A stretch of 64,000 bases of DNA from a virus, in IMG/VR virus record IMGVR_UViG_3300009155_000038, one strand, 5' to 3'. The notes under the pieces were generated by a model. The model did not search any database, was not told where the DNA came from, and saw only the letters and a program-made list of their open reading frames with translations. The translations under genes and the position numbers were made by a program. Positions 36,958-45,560 of this stretch are shown in pieces. Every line of letters starts with the position of its first letter. Position 1 is the stretch's first letter.

Positions 36958-37311
36958 CTACTGCATTGGTTTAAATATGCCAGTGTGCTCGCTATATGAG
37001 TACACCGGCGCCGTCCAGCGTTCTGTGCGTTCGACCCGCATGCCGCCATGGCTTGTGATCATAACTCTGTTCTTGGTCTTGCGCAGAGCGCGCAACGCCT
37101 CTGCGCGCTCTGCGATTTCCTCTTCAGTCGGGTCGCCAGCTAGTCGCTCTAGCTTTTCACGCGATCGCTTGGGCAGCTTATGTTTCGTGACAAGCCGCGA
37201 GAGCTGACTCGCTGTGATCCCTAGTTCTTTCTGTATTTGGGTTGCCGGCGTGTCATTGTGCCAGAGCTTGAATAGATCTGGCACATAAATAGGTCTGACT
37301 TCCCGCTGCAC
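36958..37311 (-). CDS. GcrA-like HTH protein
   Basis: LFKLWHNDTPATQIQKELGITASQL..L...HKL matches the GcrA N-terminal HTH pattern. Confidence 0.6.
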   Translation of the reverse strand: MQREVRPIYVPDLFKLWHNDTPATQIQKELGITASQLSRLVTKHKLPKRSREKLERLAGDPTEEEIAERAEALRALRKTKNRVMITSHGGMRVERTERWTAPVYSYSEHTGIFKPMQ

Positions 37312-37321
37312 AAAGCCCTCC

Positions 37322-37510
37322 TTAGCTTCTTTTTTTACGTGCCCTGAGTTTGTCTAACAGGGCGCCGACTTGATCATCAAATTCCCAGAACGGCTTGAGT
37401 ACGCTGTCTGGGGTTTCAGGTGGTAATTCTTTCAGGTGCTTCAGTAATGCCAGCTTGCTGGTTGACATCACTGTTTCGATAAGCGCTAACTCCTTGCGTG
37501 TAAACTCCAT
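37322..37510 (-). CDS. Hypothetical protein
   Basis: 62-aa ORF in operon. Confidence 0.7.
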   Translation of the reverse strand: MEFTRKELALIETVMSTSKLALLKHLKELPPETPDSVLKPFWEFDDQVGALLDKLRARKKRS

Positions 37511-37520
37511 TGGCCGGCGC

Positions 37521-37787
37521 TCACATATCTTTGTTGGGTTCCTTCACTACAGTCCAGCCAATGAACTTAAACACGTGCTTTGTGGCGTTGTAGTCAGCGC
37601 CTTCGTCTTCCCCGGGTGAGATCAAGATAAGCTGCTTGTTCTTATGGTCAACCCTGAACACCGTACCCGAGCGCGGAATCCCCCAAACACCGCCGTCTGC
37701 AATAACGCGGACGGTTTGCCGGCACCACTCCAGAATGTGCTCTGGCGGTTGGTCAAATCGGCCGGCGTCTTTATTGAACGCTACCAT
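37521..37787 (-). CDS. Hypothetical protein
   Basis: 88 aa; GGAG SD. Confidence 0.75.
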   Translation of the reverse strand: MVAFNKDAGRFDQPPEHILEWCRQTVRVIADGGVWGIPRSGTVFRVDHKNKQLILISPGEDEGADYNATKHVFKFIGWTVVKEPNKDM

Positions 37788-38244
37788 TGGTTTTCTCCCG
37801 TTGGATCAATGCCCGGGTGTAGTCCATGGATACCAGTTCGTGACCCACTTGAAACCGCGCTAGCTCTGCTAGTAAATAGGGATCCCACGGGGCTCGCATT
37901 GGCAACGAGTCTGGCCAGTACATAGATTCGTTGGCATACGCTTCGCTTGCGCCGGATTCCTTATACGCCGCAACATAGGCGTCGCGGTAGCAGTCTTCAG
38001 CTTTGTCGAACTGCACCATAAGCACGACCGTCTCGGTTCCGTCGTCGCTTTTTTCGTCTTCTTGTGCGGCAGTGGCCAGCCGACAAGCGTAATGCGCCTC
38101 GACAAGATGACTAATGATCCCGGCGTCATGGGCGTCGTCAAAATCACTGTTGGCAAAGCTGCGCCGAATCAGGCTAGCAATCGTTTCTTCAGTCACAGGG
38201 TCACGGTCAGCAATCAAAAACTCTTCGCGAATGGTTTCCGGCAT
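37771..38244 (-). CDS. Hypothetical protein
   Basis: Start MPETIR directly after the upstream stop. Confidence 0.75.
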   Translation of the reverse strand: MPETIREEFLIADRDPVTEETIASLIRRSFANSDFDDAHDAGIISHLVEAHYACRLATAAQEDEKSDDGTETVVLMVQFDKAEDCYRDAYVAAYKESGASEAYANESMYWPDSLPMRAPWDPYLLAELARFQVGHELVSMDYTRALIQREKTNGSVQ

Positions 38245-38246
38245 GG

Positions 38247-38720
38247 TTATGCTTTCTGTTTCTTGGGATTGAAGTGCTCCACGATTACGCGTTGCCATTC
38301 CCGCGCTTGCGTGCCGCGGCCAAAGAAATCGTTGTAGTTCAGCTTGAGCTGATGCACGATGTCAGCCAGCACGTCGAGGCCGTAGACGCCTTCCATAGAC
38401 TCTACAGGTTTACCGTCCGGGCCAAAGATTGTGCTTTTGTGGTCACGAAAGTCACTTTTGATAACACTCGTGTGCGCCTTGACCATGTCCTTGTGCAGGC
38501 CAAGCTCAAGGAACGCTTTTGGCTTCATGATCGTGTGGCCGTCGCAGATATCTGCTACGGCAAGAATGACATTGGCCGGGATGTTTTCCCAGCGGGTCAT
38601 GTCTTTCTTTTTAGCCTTTGGCTTTGCGGCTTTTGGGTTTGATTTTGCTGGCTTTGCTTTTGCCTTGGCTTTGGGCTTTCCCTTTACGATTGCCTTTTTG
38701 GCCACTTTCTTTTTTGCCAT
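38247..38720 (-). CDS. Protein with Lys/Ala-rich (histone H1-like) N-terminus
   Basis: MAKKKVAKKAIVKGKPKAKAKAKPAK. Confidence 0.75.
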   Translation of the reverse strand: MAKKKVAKKAIVKGKPKAKAKAKPAKSNPKAAKPKAKKKDMTRWENIPANVILAVADICDGHTIMKPKAFLELGLHKDMVKAHTSVIKSDFRDHKSTIFGPDGKPVESMEGVYGLDVLADIVHQLKLNYNDFFGRGTQAREWQRVIVEHFNPKKQKA

Positions 38721-39114
38721 TGGTGTCTTTCTTTGTGAGCACGGGTTTGGGAGTAGGAAGGAGGATGTCATTAATAAACTGCCGCCGAGCTTTATAGTTC
38801 TCGGCTCTAGATGCTGCGTTTAATTTCTCACTATCAACCCAGCGCCACGCCATCACGTACGCGCCGTAATCTTTGTCCGTCGTAGAGACAGCCGCGTTGC
38901 CGTCTACTTCCAGAAAGCTTTCTTCGGCATCAATTTGCGCCGCGGCCACGTAGTTGTCGTGAAACTCACTGTGGTGTTCTGCCGCAGCCATCTGGATCTT
39001 GACCGCAAGCCGGCTGTTCTTTTTGATATCTTGCAGATCTTCGTACTGGATGGCTACCCAACAGACGGTGTCAAACGGCCGGATGTCCTTATCAAAATGC
39101 ACGTTCTTGCTCAT
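38611..39114 (-). CDS. Hypothetical protein
   Basis: ORF directly after the upstream stop; tail overlaps the next gene by 110 nt. Confidence 0.65.
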   Translation of the reverse strand: MSKNVHFDKDIRPFDTVCWVAIQYEDLQDIKKNSRLAVKIQMAAAEHHSEFHDNYVAAAQIDAEESFLEVDGNAAVSTTDKDYGAYVMAWRWVDSEKLNAASRAENYKARRQFINDILLPTPKPVLTKKDTNGKKESGQKGNRKGKAQSQGKSKASKIKPKSRKAKG

Positions 39115-39116
39115 GT

Positions 39117-39731
39117 TCAGTCCAGTACGCGGGTAACGGTGTTGTCTCGGGCCACGGTGCGCTGATATGTCACGCGGTACGAACCCGGGGGGAGAACCCA
39201 GTCTCCGTGCTCAGGATGCGTCACGGTGTTTGTTTCTGTCAAGGCGAAGATCGGACCAGCGAGCAAAAGCAGCGAAAGCGCGTCAACGCTAGCGATCTTG
39301 TTGGCGTCGGTGCCGTCCTTACGTGCTGCCCACTCAGCCGAACGCAACTGCTGCCGCAGGTCAGGTTCATTCGCAGAAATGCCGTACTGCGCCGCCAGCT
39401 GAATAAACATCTCAGCGCTGCCGCCTTCGCAGGGCTCGTAGGCAGTGACGCCACGGCCATGCTCAAGACAATGCCGGCTGCCCTTGGTGTTACCCGGGGC
39501 AAGCTGCATTGGGTACGACGGCGTGGCCTTCTTGAACAGGAACGGCGCTGATGTAACGTCCTCGATCAGCTGGATATACACGTCACCCTGCCGAACCGCG
39601 TCGCCGATACTGGCGGCTTCAGGGAAGTTCTGGGGATCATCGTTCTTGATCTTCTCGACCTGCGCCTGTGCCTCACGGAGCTGGCGAACGGCGGCGTGGT
39701 TATCAATATCAAATTTAGTAGCAGTAGTCAT
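39117..39731 (-). CDS. Conserved RQGDV-motif protein (usual partner of DUF6745)
   Basis: RQGDVYI, LAPGNTKGSRH and THPEHG..VLPPG.Y.V..QR. Confidence 0.75.
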   Translation of the reverse strand: MTTATKFDIDNHAAVRQLREAQAQVEKIKNDDPQNFPEAASIGDAVRQGDVYIQLIEDVTSAPFLFKKATPSYPMQLAPGNTKGSRHCLEHGRGVTAYEPCEGGSAEMFIQLAAQYGISANEPDLRQQLRSAEWAARKDGTDANKIASVDALSLLLLAGPIFALTETNTVTHPEHGDWVLPPGSYRVTYQRTVARDNTVTRVLD

Positions 39732-39765
39732 AGGTAACTCCAAGGAAAGGAAAGGAAAGTAAGAC

Positions 39766-41241
39766 TCAAGAGGCGCCCAACAACCGCATGGGCTTTGAAG
39801 CATAGGAAACAAGCGCGCGGGTGTCAGAATCAACGTCATCGTTAGCCATCCATGCTTGCGCGTCTCGGCACGTTTGAATTGTGCTTGGGACACTCAAGAA
39901 ATATCGCCGGCCAGTAGACCTGCAGAACAAGACCATACGGTTCTGTTGCGGACGGTTCCAGCGCACGTCATCTCTACTAGACTGTGACCGCGGTGCGCCG
40001 ACCAACATCTCGATAGTGTTATCAATATCGTTCGTGCGCCGGTCGAGCACCGGGCAGTCAGCCTCGACGATGAACTTATCCCAGCCAAAGCTTTCAATAG
40101 CCAACCGGCGAGTTTCCTCATTGTTAATACGCAGGATGTGCGCGGTCGTGAGCTTGTTTGGCGTATCTACAATGTATCTACCGCCTTCTTCCATGTAGTG
40201 CCCGTCGTTAAACCAGAGCCGGGTACCGTCAGTCCACGACACAGCCGGCCCTGTCGTGCTATGCAGATTACCTGCTTCGTTCGTGTGCATAGTCGGGCGG
40301 TCGGCCAGAATGATGCAGGACGACTGGAACGCTGCAAACGCGGTGCAGTGATGGAAGACTTCGTGCTCCCACGTCAGCTCGGGATCGTTGATGTGCAAGA
40401 TACGCGCCAGAATCTCAGCGTCGATAGCCTTGGGTACATTGCCCAGAAATACGGCGTCTCCGCTACGCGCTACTGCGTTGTTTGCGTTTCGCACGACGTC
40501 CTCGACATCGATAGCCTTGCGCAGCTCGCCGATAGCGCTGAGCGTAATGTTGTTGTCCCAGAGAGCAGAGCTAGAAATCTCGCCAAGTTTTTTGCTCGTT
40601 AATGCGACTGTGGTCGGTTGCTCTTTGCCATCCCAACTGCGCCGCAATTCAGTCTTGTTTTCTAGCGCATTGTGGTCATTTAAAAGCGACGCTACCATCC
40701 GCATAACGTTGTCTAGCGAGTTTGTGTTGTACGCCACCGCGGCGTTCTCACTATCAGAGCTAAATCGTGAACGAAACTGCGTACTGATTAGGCTAGTGGT
40801 CTGAGCTACCAATCGTTCTTGCGTAAGGTATTCAGCCCGGATAGCGCGCAGCCACGTACGACCGAATTCGCTATTGGCGTTGTGCCACCAGCGCCGATTG
40901 CCGCCGTTCCATTTGGCTAGCGGATCTCGGCGCAGGTCTTTCAGAAACCCCGGGTCGATGCCCAGCAAGCCGCAGATCTCTGTAGCCGTCTTCTTGTTCA
41001 TGCGGCCACGCGTAACTGTGACGGCAAGCATGAACGCCACAGGCGATGCTACGGTAAGAAATTTGACTTCTTTGAGCTTGTGCTTGGCGCTGCGGTGGGC
41101 GCCAATACCGGTCTTATACGCTGCTTGGATATACGTCTTAGCCTTTTCGATATTCGGCACGCCAGCGTAAACATTGTTTTCCCAGCGTGCAAACGTCTCT
41201 TGAACAATTGCGCTATGCGCTTTGGATATCTTGGACTTCAT
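39766..41241 (-). CDS. DUF6745 domain protein
   Basis: CIILADRP..H....GNLHSTTGPAVSWTDG..LWF.DG, then I..I.N.E.RR..IE..GWDKF. Confidence 0.75.
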   Translation of the reverse strand: MKSKISKAHSAIVQETFARWENNVYAGVPNIEKAKTYIQAAYKTGIGAHRSAKHKLKEVKFLTVASPVAFMLAVTVTRGRMNKKTATEICGLLGIDPGFLKDLRRDPLAKWNGGNRRWWHNANSEFGRTWLRAIRAEYLTQERLVAQTTSLISTQFRSRFSSDSENAAVAYNTNSLDNVMRMVASLLNDHNALENKTELRRSWDGKEQPTTVALTSKKLGEISSSALWDNNITLSAIGELRKAIDVEDVVRNANNAVARSGDAVFLGNVPKAIDAEILARILHINDPELTWEHEVFHHCTAFAAFQSSCIILADRPTMHTNEAGNLHSTTGPAVSWTDGTRLWFNDGHYMEEGGRYIVDTPNKLTTAHILRINNEETRRLAIESFGWDKFIVEADCPVLDRRTNDIDNTIEMLVGAPRSQSSRDDVRWNRPQQNRMVLFCRSTGRRYFLSVPSTIQTCRDAQAWMANDDVDSDTRALVSYASKPMRLLGAS

Positions 41242-41585
41242 GTGGTTTCTTGGTTAGTGACTTCGGAATGCGGCATGTAACAAGGGTGCTGATAGAGCAC
41301 CTTGCCGCCGCGGGATGTCTGAATTTTGATAATTCTATGGTCGAGAATATGTGCGCCGCCCATTGCGCGTTTGTTGTACAGCACAATTGGGACTTTATAT
41401 TGCCCGCCACTGCGGCTCACGTAGCCGCACATGTCCATACTGTCTCCCCAATCTTGGCCGGCTTCTGGGCCTGTGATGTTGCCGTACCGGAACTTGATGC
41501 GCTTGTTATACAACCGACATGCTTCCAGTATGTTGGCAACTTCTGCCGGCGTCTCATCGTGATACCATGTCCCGTTGAGTAGCAA
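41238..41585 (-). CDS. Conserved phage hypothetical protein
   Basis: YH.ETP..V..IL...R....RI.FRYG...G.DW pattern. Confidence 0.8.
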   Translation of the reverse strand: MLLNGTWYHDETPAEVANILEACRLYNKRIKFRYGNITGPEAGQDWGDSMDMCGYVSRSGGQYKVPIVLYNKRAMGGAHILDHRIIKIQTSRGGKVLYQHPCYMPHSEVTNQETT

Positions 41586-42264
41586 GTGTTTCCCCCTTGA
41601 GAGTTAAACCGTGCCGCGCTAGCGCTTCGCGAATTTGAGTTAAACTTGTAAGCCCAAACCCGCGGCATTCCATAAGATCAGCCGCACTAAGCGCTGTTAT
41701 GCTAGCGACAGATGTAGCGCCAAGGTTAAACAATGCTTTTTGTGCTCGGGGGCCTAAGCCCAGCCAGTAAACATGCTTTTGCAGAACGTCTGTCTCTTGC
41801 GCTGGTGGCGGCGCAGTGGGTCTTGGGTCGACAAAGCCGTAGCTAATTGACGCGCCCGTGGTGTTGATTTCAAACGTCTCAAAGAGATCGCAGTCGCCTA
41901 GCCAGTAATCATGGATTGGCAGGATCTCGACAAAGTCATCGCCGCCTACCAGTTCCCGGCTCATTCCATACCAGTCATCAAACTCGCCGACATTCGGGTC
42001 ACAGCCCTCGGCGTATATCACGCGATTAGTGTTGCCGTCTTCTGTAAGCAAGCGCGGCTCACCGTTGCTCATGAGGTAGACGCCCTGATCATGTACGAAT
42101 AAGAGCGCCGGGCCGCGGGGCGTTCTGTTAGTGATTGGCGGCAAGCCTGCTGCTGCGCACTCTTCGTCCGTCATGTTCTCGTAACCCATGTCGAACTCAG
42201 CTGCAGCCATAGCGTGCTCAATGAGCGGCTTCAGCTCCGACGTCTTGAACCTGCAGATTCCCAT
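41554..42264 (-). CDS. DUF3085 domain fused to an RNA polymerase alpha-CTD-like domain
   Basis: LFVHDQGVYLMSNG, YAEGCDP and GGDDFVE (DUF3085). C-terminal LGLGPRAQKAL...DLMECRGFGLTSLTQIREALARHGLTL (alphaCTD). Confidence 0.8.
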   Translation of the reverse strand: MGICRFKTSELKPLIEHAMAAAEFDMGYENMTDEECAAAGLPPITNRTPRGPALLFVHDQGVYLMSNGEPRLLTEDGNTNRVIYAEGCDPNVGEFDDWYGMSRELVGGDDFVEILPIHDYWLGDCDLFETFEINTTGASISYGFVDPRPTAPPPAQETDVLQKHVYWLGLGPRAQKALFNLGATSVASITALSAADLMECRGFGLTSLTQIREALARHGLTLKGETLATQRDMVSR

Positions 42265-42267
42265 CTT

Positions 42268-42537
42268 CTAGTTCCCTTTCGAGATGCTTGCTGCGGTCAA
42301 ATTTTGCCGCAGTTCGTTTATTAGTCTGGTACCCAGTTCATCTTCGCCAGCGGAGCCGTTGAGTAACGCGCTCTCATCGCCGTTGTCTGCTAACTCATCG
42401 GCGATGGCGTCAGTGAGGTTGAGCAAGCCAGAAATTAGTGCGTCGTTTACGTCAAACTTTTCCAGATAACACAGTAAAAGCCGCTGAGCGTACAGCTCTG
42501 TTGTGTCGATACCGAGCGTGATATTTATGCGTGTCAT
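42268..42537 (-). CDS. Hypothetical protein
   Basis: ATGA overlap with the DUF6915 stop. Confidence 0.7.
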   Translation of the reverse strand: MTRINITLGIDTTELYAQRLLLCYLEKFDVNDALISGLLNLTDAIADELADNGDESALLNGSAGEDELGTRLINELRQNLTAASISKGN

Positions 42538-42911
42538 GCGGTTGTCTCTACTTCCTCTGTTTCTGCTAGCTCCCTTTCGAGATTCTTGCCGCGGCCAAGC
42601 ATCCAGCCTTCGGTTTTGATATTTGAAAGCCAATCCGCCACGGTGGGGATTCGGCCTAGGTCTTCTTTGACGTGCTGCTCGCCTATATAGCGCACAGGAA
42701 CGACTCTGCCGGCTGAGTTCACGATCGTCACGCCGAAGATCCTCTCGGCCATGAAAATGCCCTCCGTGTGGTGGCGAAGGGCTCTGTGGCGAAAGTCAGC
42801 CATGTGCGCTTTGGACTCATCGAACCAGTCGTGGATCTTCTGGTAGTCCTCGGGTTCGCCGCCCCACTTACGGGCTGACGATATCGCGTGGTGGTATGGG
42901 TGAGCCATCAT
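42534..42911 (-). CDS. DUF6915 family protein
   Basis: HPYHHAISSARKWGG.PEDY..IHDWFDESK...DFRHRALRHH..GIF and GEQHVKEDLG.IP. Confidence 0.85.
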   Translation of the reverse strand: MMAHPYHHAISSARKWGGEPEDYQKIHDWFDESKAHMADFRHRALRHHTEGIFMAERIFGVTIVNSAGRVVPVRYIGEQHVKEDLGRIPTVADWLSNIKTEGWMLGRGKNLERELAETEEVETTA

Positions 42912-43096
42912 TTCCTTTCGTTATACGGCGGATCACTCACCTTGAGTTTGCCTTCTGCTTTGGCGACTGCTTCTATTGCGTCATTGAGCCATCTAGGCAT
43001 ATCGTCGTTACTGATGTGCTTGTGCGCCCATATCACACTGCGCAGCGCATTCAACATGTCGGTGCTTGCTGCGATTAGATGGGAGTCCTGCATCAC
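42908..43096 (-). CDS. Small hypothetical protein
   Basis: LIAAS.DML.AL motif; coupled to neighbours. Confidence 0.7.
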   Translation of the reverse strand: MMQDSHLIAASTDMLNALRSVIWAHKHISNDDMPRWLNDAIEAVAKAEGKLKVSDPPYNERK

Positions 43097-43380
43097 TCCT
43101 CCGCGTCGGTTTTGCTGTAGTCACCGGCTTCTGTATCGCATTCAAATGTATGCGCAATTGCTTCAAAACAACTTTTGCGCAGACTTTTGTCTTCGTCGAG
43201 AAACAGGCGCTTGATAGCGGATGCAATGTGTGTGCCAGCGCACCAACCAATATCTGTCTTCCCGTTGTCAATAGACCAATACAGTTTTTCTTTTACCACG
43301 TCTTTCATGTCTTCGCGGTAATTTAATATTGTTAGCTTGACGGTGATTTCTTTATCGCAATCAATTTCTCCGCTCATCAT
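43093..43380 (-). CDS. Hypothetical protein
   Basis: Coupled ORF. Confidence 0.7.
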   Translation of the reverse strand: MMSGEIDCDKEITVKLTILNYREDMKDVVKEKLYWSIDNGKTDIGWCAGTHIASAIKRLFLDEDKSLRKSCFEAIAHTFECDTEAGDYSKTDAEE

Positions 43381-43631
43381 TCCTCCGATACGCGTTTATT
43401 AGTTAGCCGCGGGACCATCCGGTCGTATGGCGGGTTGTCCGGCGGGCTTAAAGAAGCCAGCAGGTTTTCAAGTATGTCGATCTCTTCGTCAAATCCTCGG
43501 TCAGACAAATCCATTGCCGTTAATACTTGTTCTCGCGTCCTTGGCATATCTGTCACGACAACCCGGATAAACTCCAGCGCCGTGATAAGCGCTGACTGTA
43601 ACCCGGACGGTAATGGTTGCTGCTTTTTCAT
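43377..43631 (-). CDS. Hypothetical protein
   Basis: Coupled ORF. Confidence 0.7.
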   Translation of the reverse strand: MKKQQPLPSGLQSALITALEFIRVVVTDMPRTREQVLTAMDLSDRGFDEEIDILENLLASLSPPDNPPYDRMVPRLTNKRVSEE

Positions 43632-44158
43632 TAAAAATCCCGTTCGTATGTGTGAACGTCAGAAATGCGTTCGTTTACCACCATGTGAATTTTGCTGTCC
43701 ACAAGGTCAATATCAATCTCGCCGTAACTACCTTCGTTGATTTCCCAGCCGTTCGGTAGGATGTGCCACATGGCAACCTCGAACGCGTTGAGCTTCATAG
43801 TCAGCTGTTCGAGTTGTTCAGTCGTTCGTGCACTATCAATTGTTTGGCGCTTAAACGTACTGAACGACATGCCGTGTTCGTCGTTTTCAAGTGCTACTTG
43901 GTGTGGATATGTCGCGTTGCGTTCTGCGGGGACGCGATTAGGTAGTATCTTAAATACGTCAAAATCACCGCTATCGCCGCTGCCGTCAAACTCTGCGTGC
44001 ACCATTTCAAAACCAAATGAGTGCAATAGCGCGCATGTTTCTTTGATAATTTCTTCTGGCTTTTTAGTTTTTGTGGCTGGCACTTTGCCTCCGTTCAATG
44101 CTTGATCGATGCGCTGTTGCATCTCAAACTGCGTCGGTCTGTATTCCGGGCTGGTCAT
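43631..44158 (-). CDS. DUF6878 family protein
   Basis: V.AEFDGSGDSG and GWEINEGSYG.I.ID. Confidence 0.75.
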   Translation of the reverse strand: MTSPEYRPTQFEMQQRIDQALNGGKVPATKTKKPEEIIKETCALLHSFGFEMVHAEFDGSGDSGDFDVFKILPNRVPAERNATYPHQVALENDEHGMSFSTFKRQTIDSARTTEQLEQLTMKLNAFEVAMWHILPNGWEINEGSYGEIDIDLVDSKIHMVVNERISDVHTYERDF

Positions 44159-44160
44159 AG

Positions 44161-44673
44161 CTAGTAGCTCGCGTAGATCGTGCAGGGCTTGCCTGTTTCA
44201 CGTTCCTTCTGCTCGGCTAGCGCTACAAAATCTCGAAACGACTGCAGGACGCGCTCGGTCATATCTGGGTCATCGCCGGCATAGACAGTGCGTTGTCGTT
44301 CTCGCACAGCTTCTTCGACGGTCATGGGCGATGTCGTGTCGCGCTCTTCGATAGGTCCGCCTTCAATCTGCATACCCATCGTCTGGAACATCTGCATAAT
44401 CTGCGCGGCCATCTCATGACCGACGCTACTGTTGTACGCCGGCTCAGTGACATTCGTGAGTCGCTCGCGCAGAATCTCAGCCGGGATTTCAGCGCGGCAT
44501 GTCTCACTCTCAAACGCTTCGCGGCACAAGATCTTGGTGGCATAGGGGCCGCCGTGATAAGCCTCGCGCAGATAGCCAGCGCTTCCTGATGTTACAGAGA
44601 ATCCTGTACTCCACTGAGCTTTCTTGTCATCTTCATTGATGCCGGCCCACTCCAAATAAATATCAATTCCCAC
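44161..44673 (-). CDS. Conserved hypothetical protein
   Basis: MGIDIYL...GYLREAYHGGPYAT; GGAGG-like SD. Confidence 0.85.
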   Translation of the reverse strand: MGIDIYLEWAGINEDDKKAQWSTGFSVTSGSAGYLREAYHGGPYATKILCREAFESETCRAEIPAEILRERLTNVTEPAYNSSVGHEMAAQIMQMFQTMGMQIEGGPIEERDTTSPMTVEEAVRERQRTVYAGDDPDMTERVLQSFRDFVALAEQKERETGKPCTIYASY

Positions 44674-44687
44674 AAGTACCTCCGGTT

Positions 44688-44726
44688 AAAAGAAGAGGGC
44701 GCCGAGTTTTTACACTCGACGCCCTC
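44688..44726 (-). terminator. Rho-independent terminator
   Basis: Stem GAGGGCG.CGAGT/ACTCG.CGCCCTC followed on the minus strand by TTCTTTTAA. Confidence 0.7.
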
Positions 44727-44756
44727 CATGGCGTTCATTGTCAGTATCAGTCGCGA

Positions 44757-45086
44757 TTAGCGGCGGACGGGCTTGTACACCGTGCGGTTGGTCTTCCGCA
44801 CCACGTGCCCGCCGAAGAGGCGGTTACGGCAGTGCTCACTGGTTTCCTGCTCGACGTTGTAGAGCTTCTGTGTCTGGCAGCGACCACTGGTGCAAACCGG
44901 AGAAGCATCGCAGTCCGTGCAAGCAGCAACGGGAGCAGCCGCCACGGGTGCCGGCGTGCAATCAGTGCAGGCCGCCTTCTGCCCGTGATTCACAACCACA
45001 ACGCTCTGGGGCTCACCGCTGTTACCAGCAGCAGCAACCGAGACGAACGACAGAACAGCAACAACCGCAGTAAAACAAAACTTCAT
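44757..45086 (-). CDS. Secreted small Cys-rich protein
   Basis: Signal peptide MKFCFTAVVAVLSFVSVAAA, duplicated ACTDC motifs; AAGGAG SD. Confidence 0.8.
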   Translation of the reverse strand: MKFCFTAVVAVLSFVSVAAAGNSGEPQSVVVVNHGQKAACTDCTPAPVAAAPVAACTDCDASPVCTSGRCQTQKLYNVEQETSEHCRNRLFGGHVVRKTNRTVYKPVRR

Positions 45087-45184
45087 CGTAAACTCCTTAA
45101 AACACTTCCATGCAAACACAAACGTATGTGCTTGCCACTCTTTTGCGTGGTTCCACCACGCATCATCGGCTAGGCGCTACAAGC

Positions 45185-45213
45185 ACCATAACTGATTGAT
45201 TTTTCTTCTGCAA
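45185..45213 (-). promoter_or_regulatory. Sigma70-like promoter
   Basis: TTGCAG-17 nt-TATGGT in the intergenic gap upstream of 44757-45086. Confidence 0.55.
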
Positions 45214-45228
45214 CCCCAACTTTGCGCG

Positions 45229-45558
45229 TCAATCATCGGCTAATTGCGCCATACCGCTTTCGCAGATAGACCGGCACTCATCGGGGTTTGCGTCGAGCCA
45301 CACCCAAAACCACTTGCTGAGCATTTGCTGCTCTGCCGCAGTTGGGCGTCTTCCTACCTCGTCGCCCTCAAACTTCACCAGCGCGCAGACGACGCTCTCA
45401 GGTTCGACACTTGGGTCATACCCGGGGTAGCCGTCGCCATTGCTGTCATACATGACTCCCGAATCTCCCGGGTCGTATGTGAAATCAATATCAAACTCAA
45501 ACTCGCCGGCAAAGCCAGTTGGGTTTTTTCCGAGTTCATCTTCGACAGACCAGCGCAT
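45229..45558 (-). CDS. Hypothetical acidic protein
   Basis: 109-aa ORF. Confidence 0.75.
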   Translation of the reverse strand: MRWSVEDELGKNPTGFAGEFEFDIDFTYDPGDSGVMYDSNGDGYPGYDPSVEPESVVCALVKFEGDEVGRRPTAAEQQMLSKWFWVWLDANPDECRSICESGMAQLADD

Positions 45559-45560
45559 AG

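Noticed and set aside
45140-45170. Hammerhead ribozyme (CCGATGA-stem-AAAAG on the minus strand)
   Set aside because: The core deviates (CCGAUGA instead of CUGAUGA, no GAAA after stem II) and stems I and III are absent. Treated as a simple UTR hairpin.
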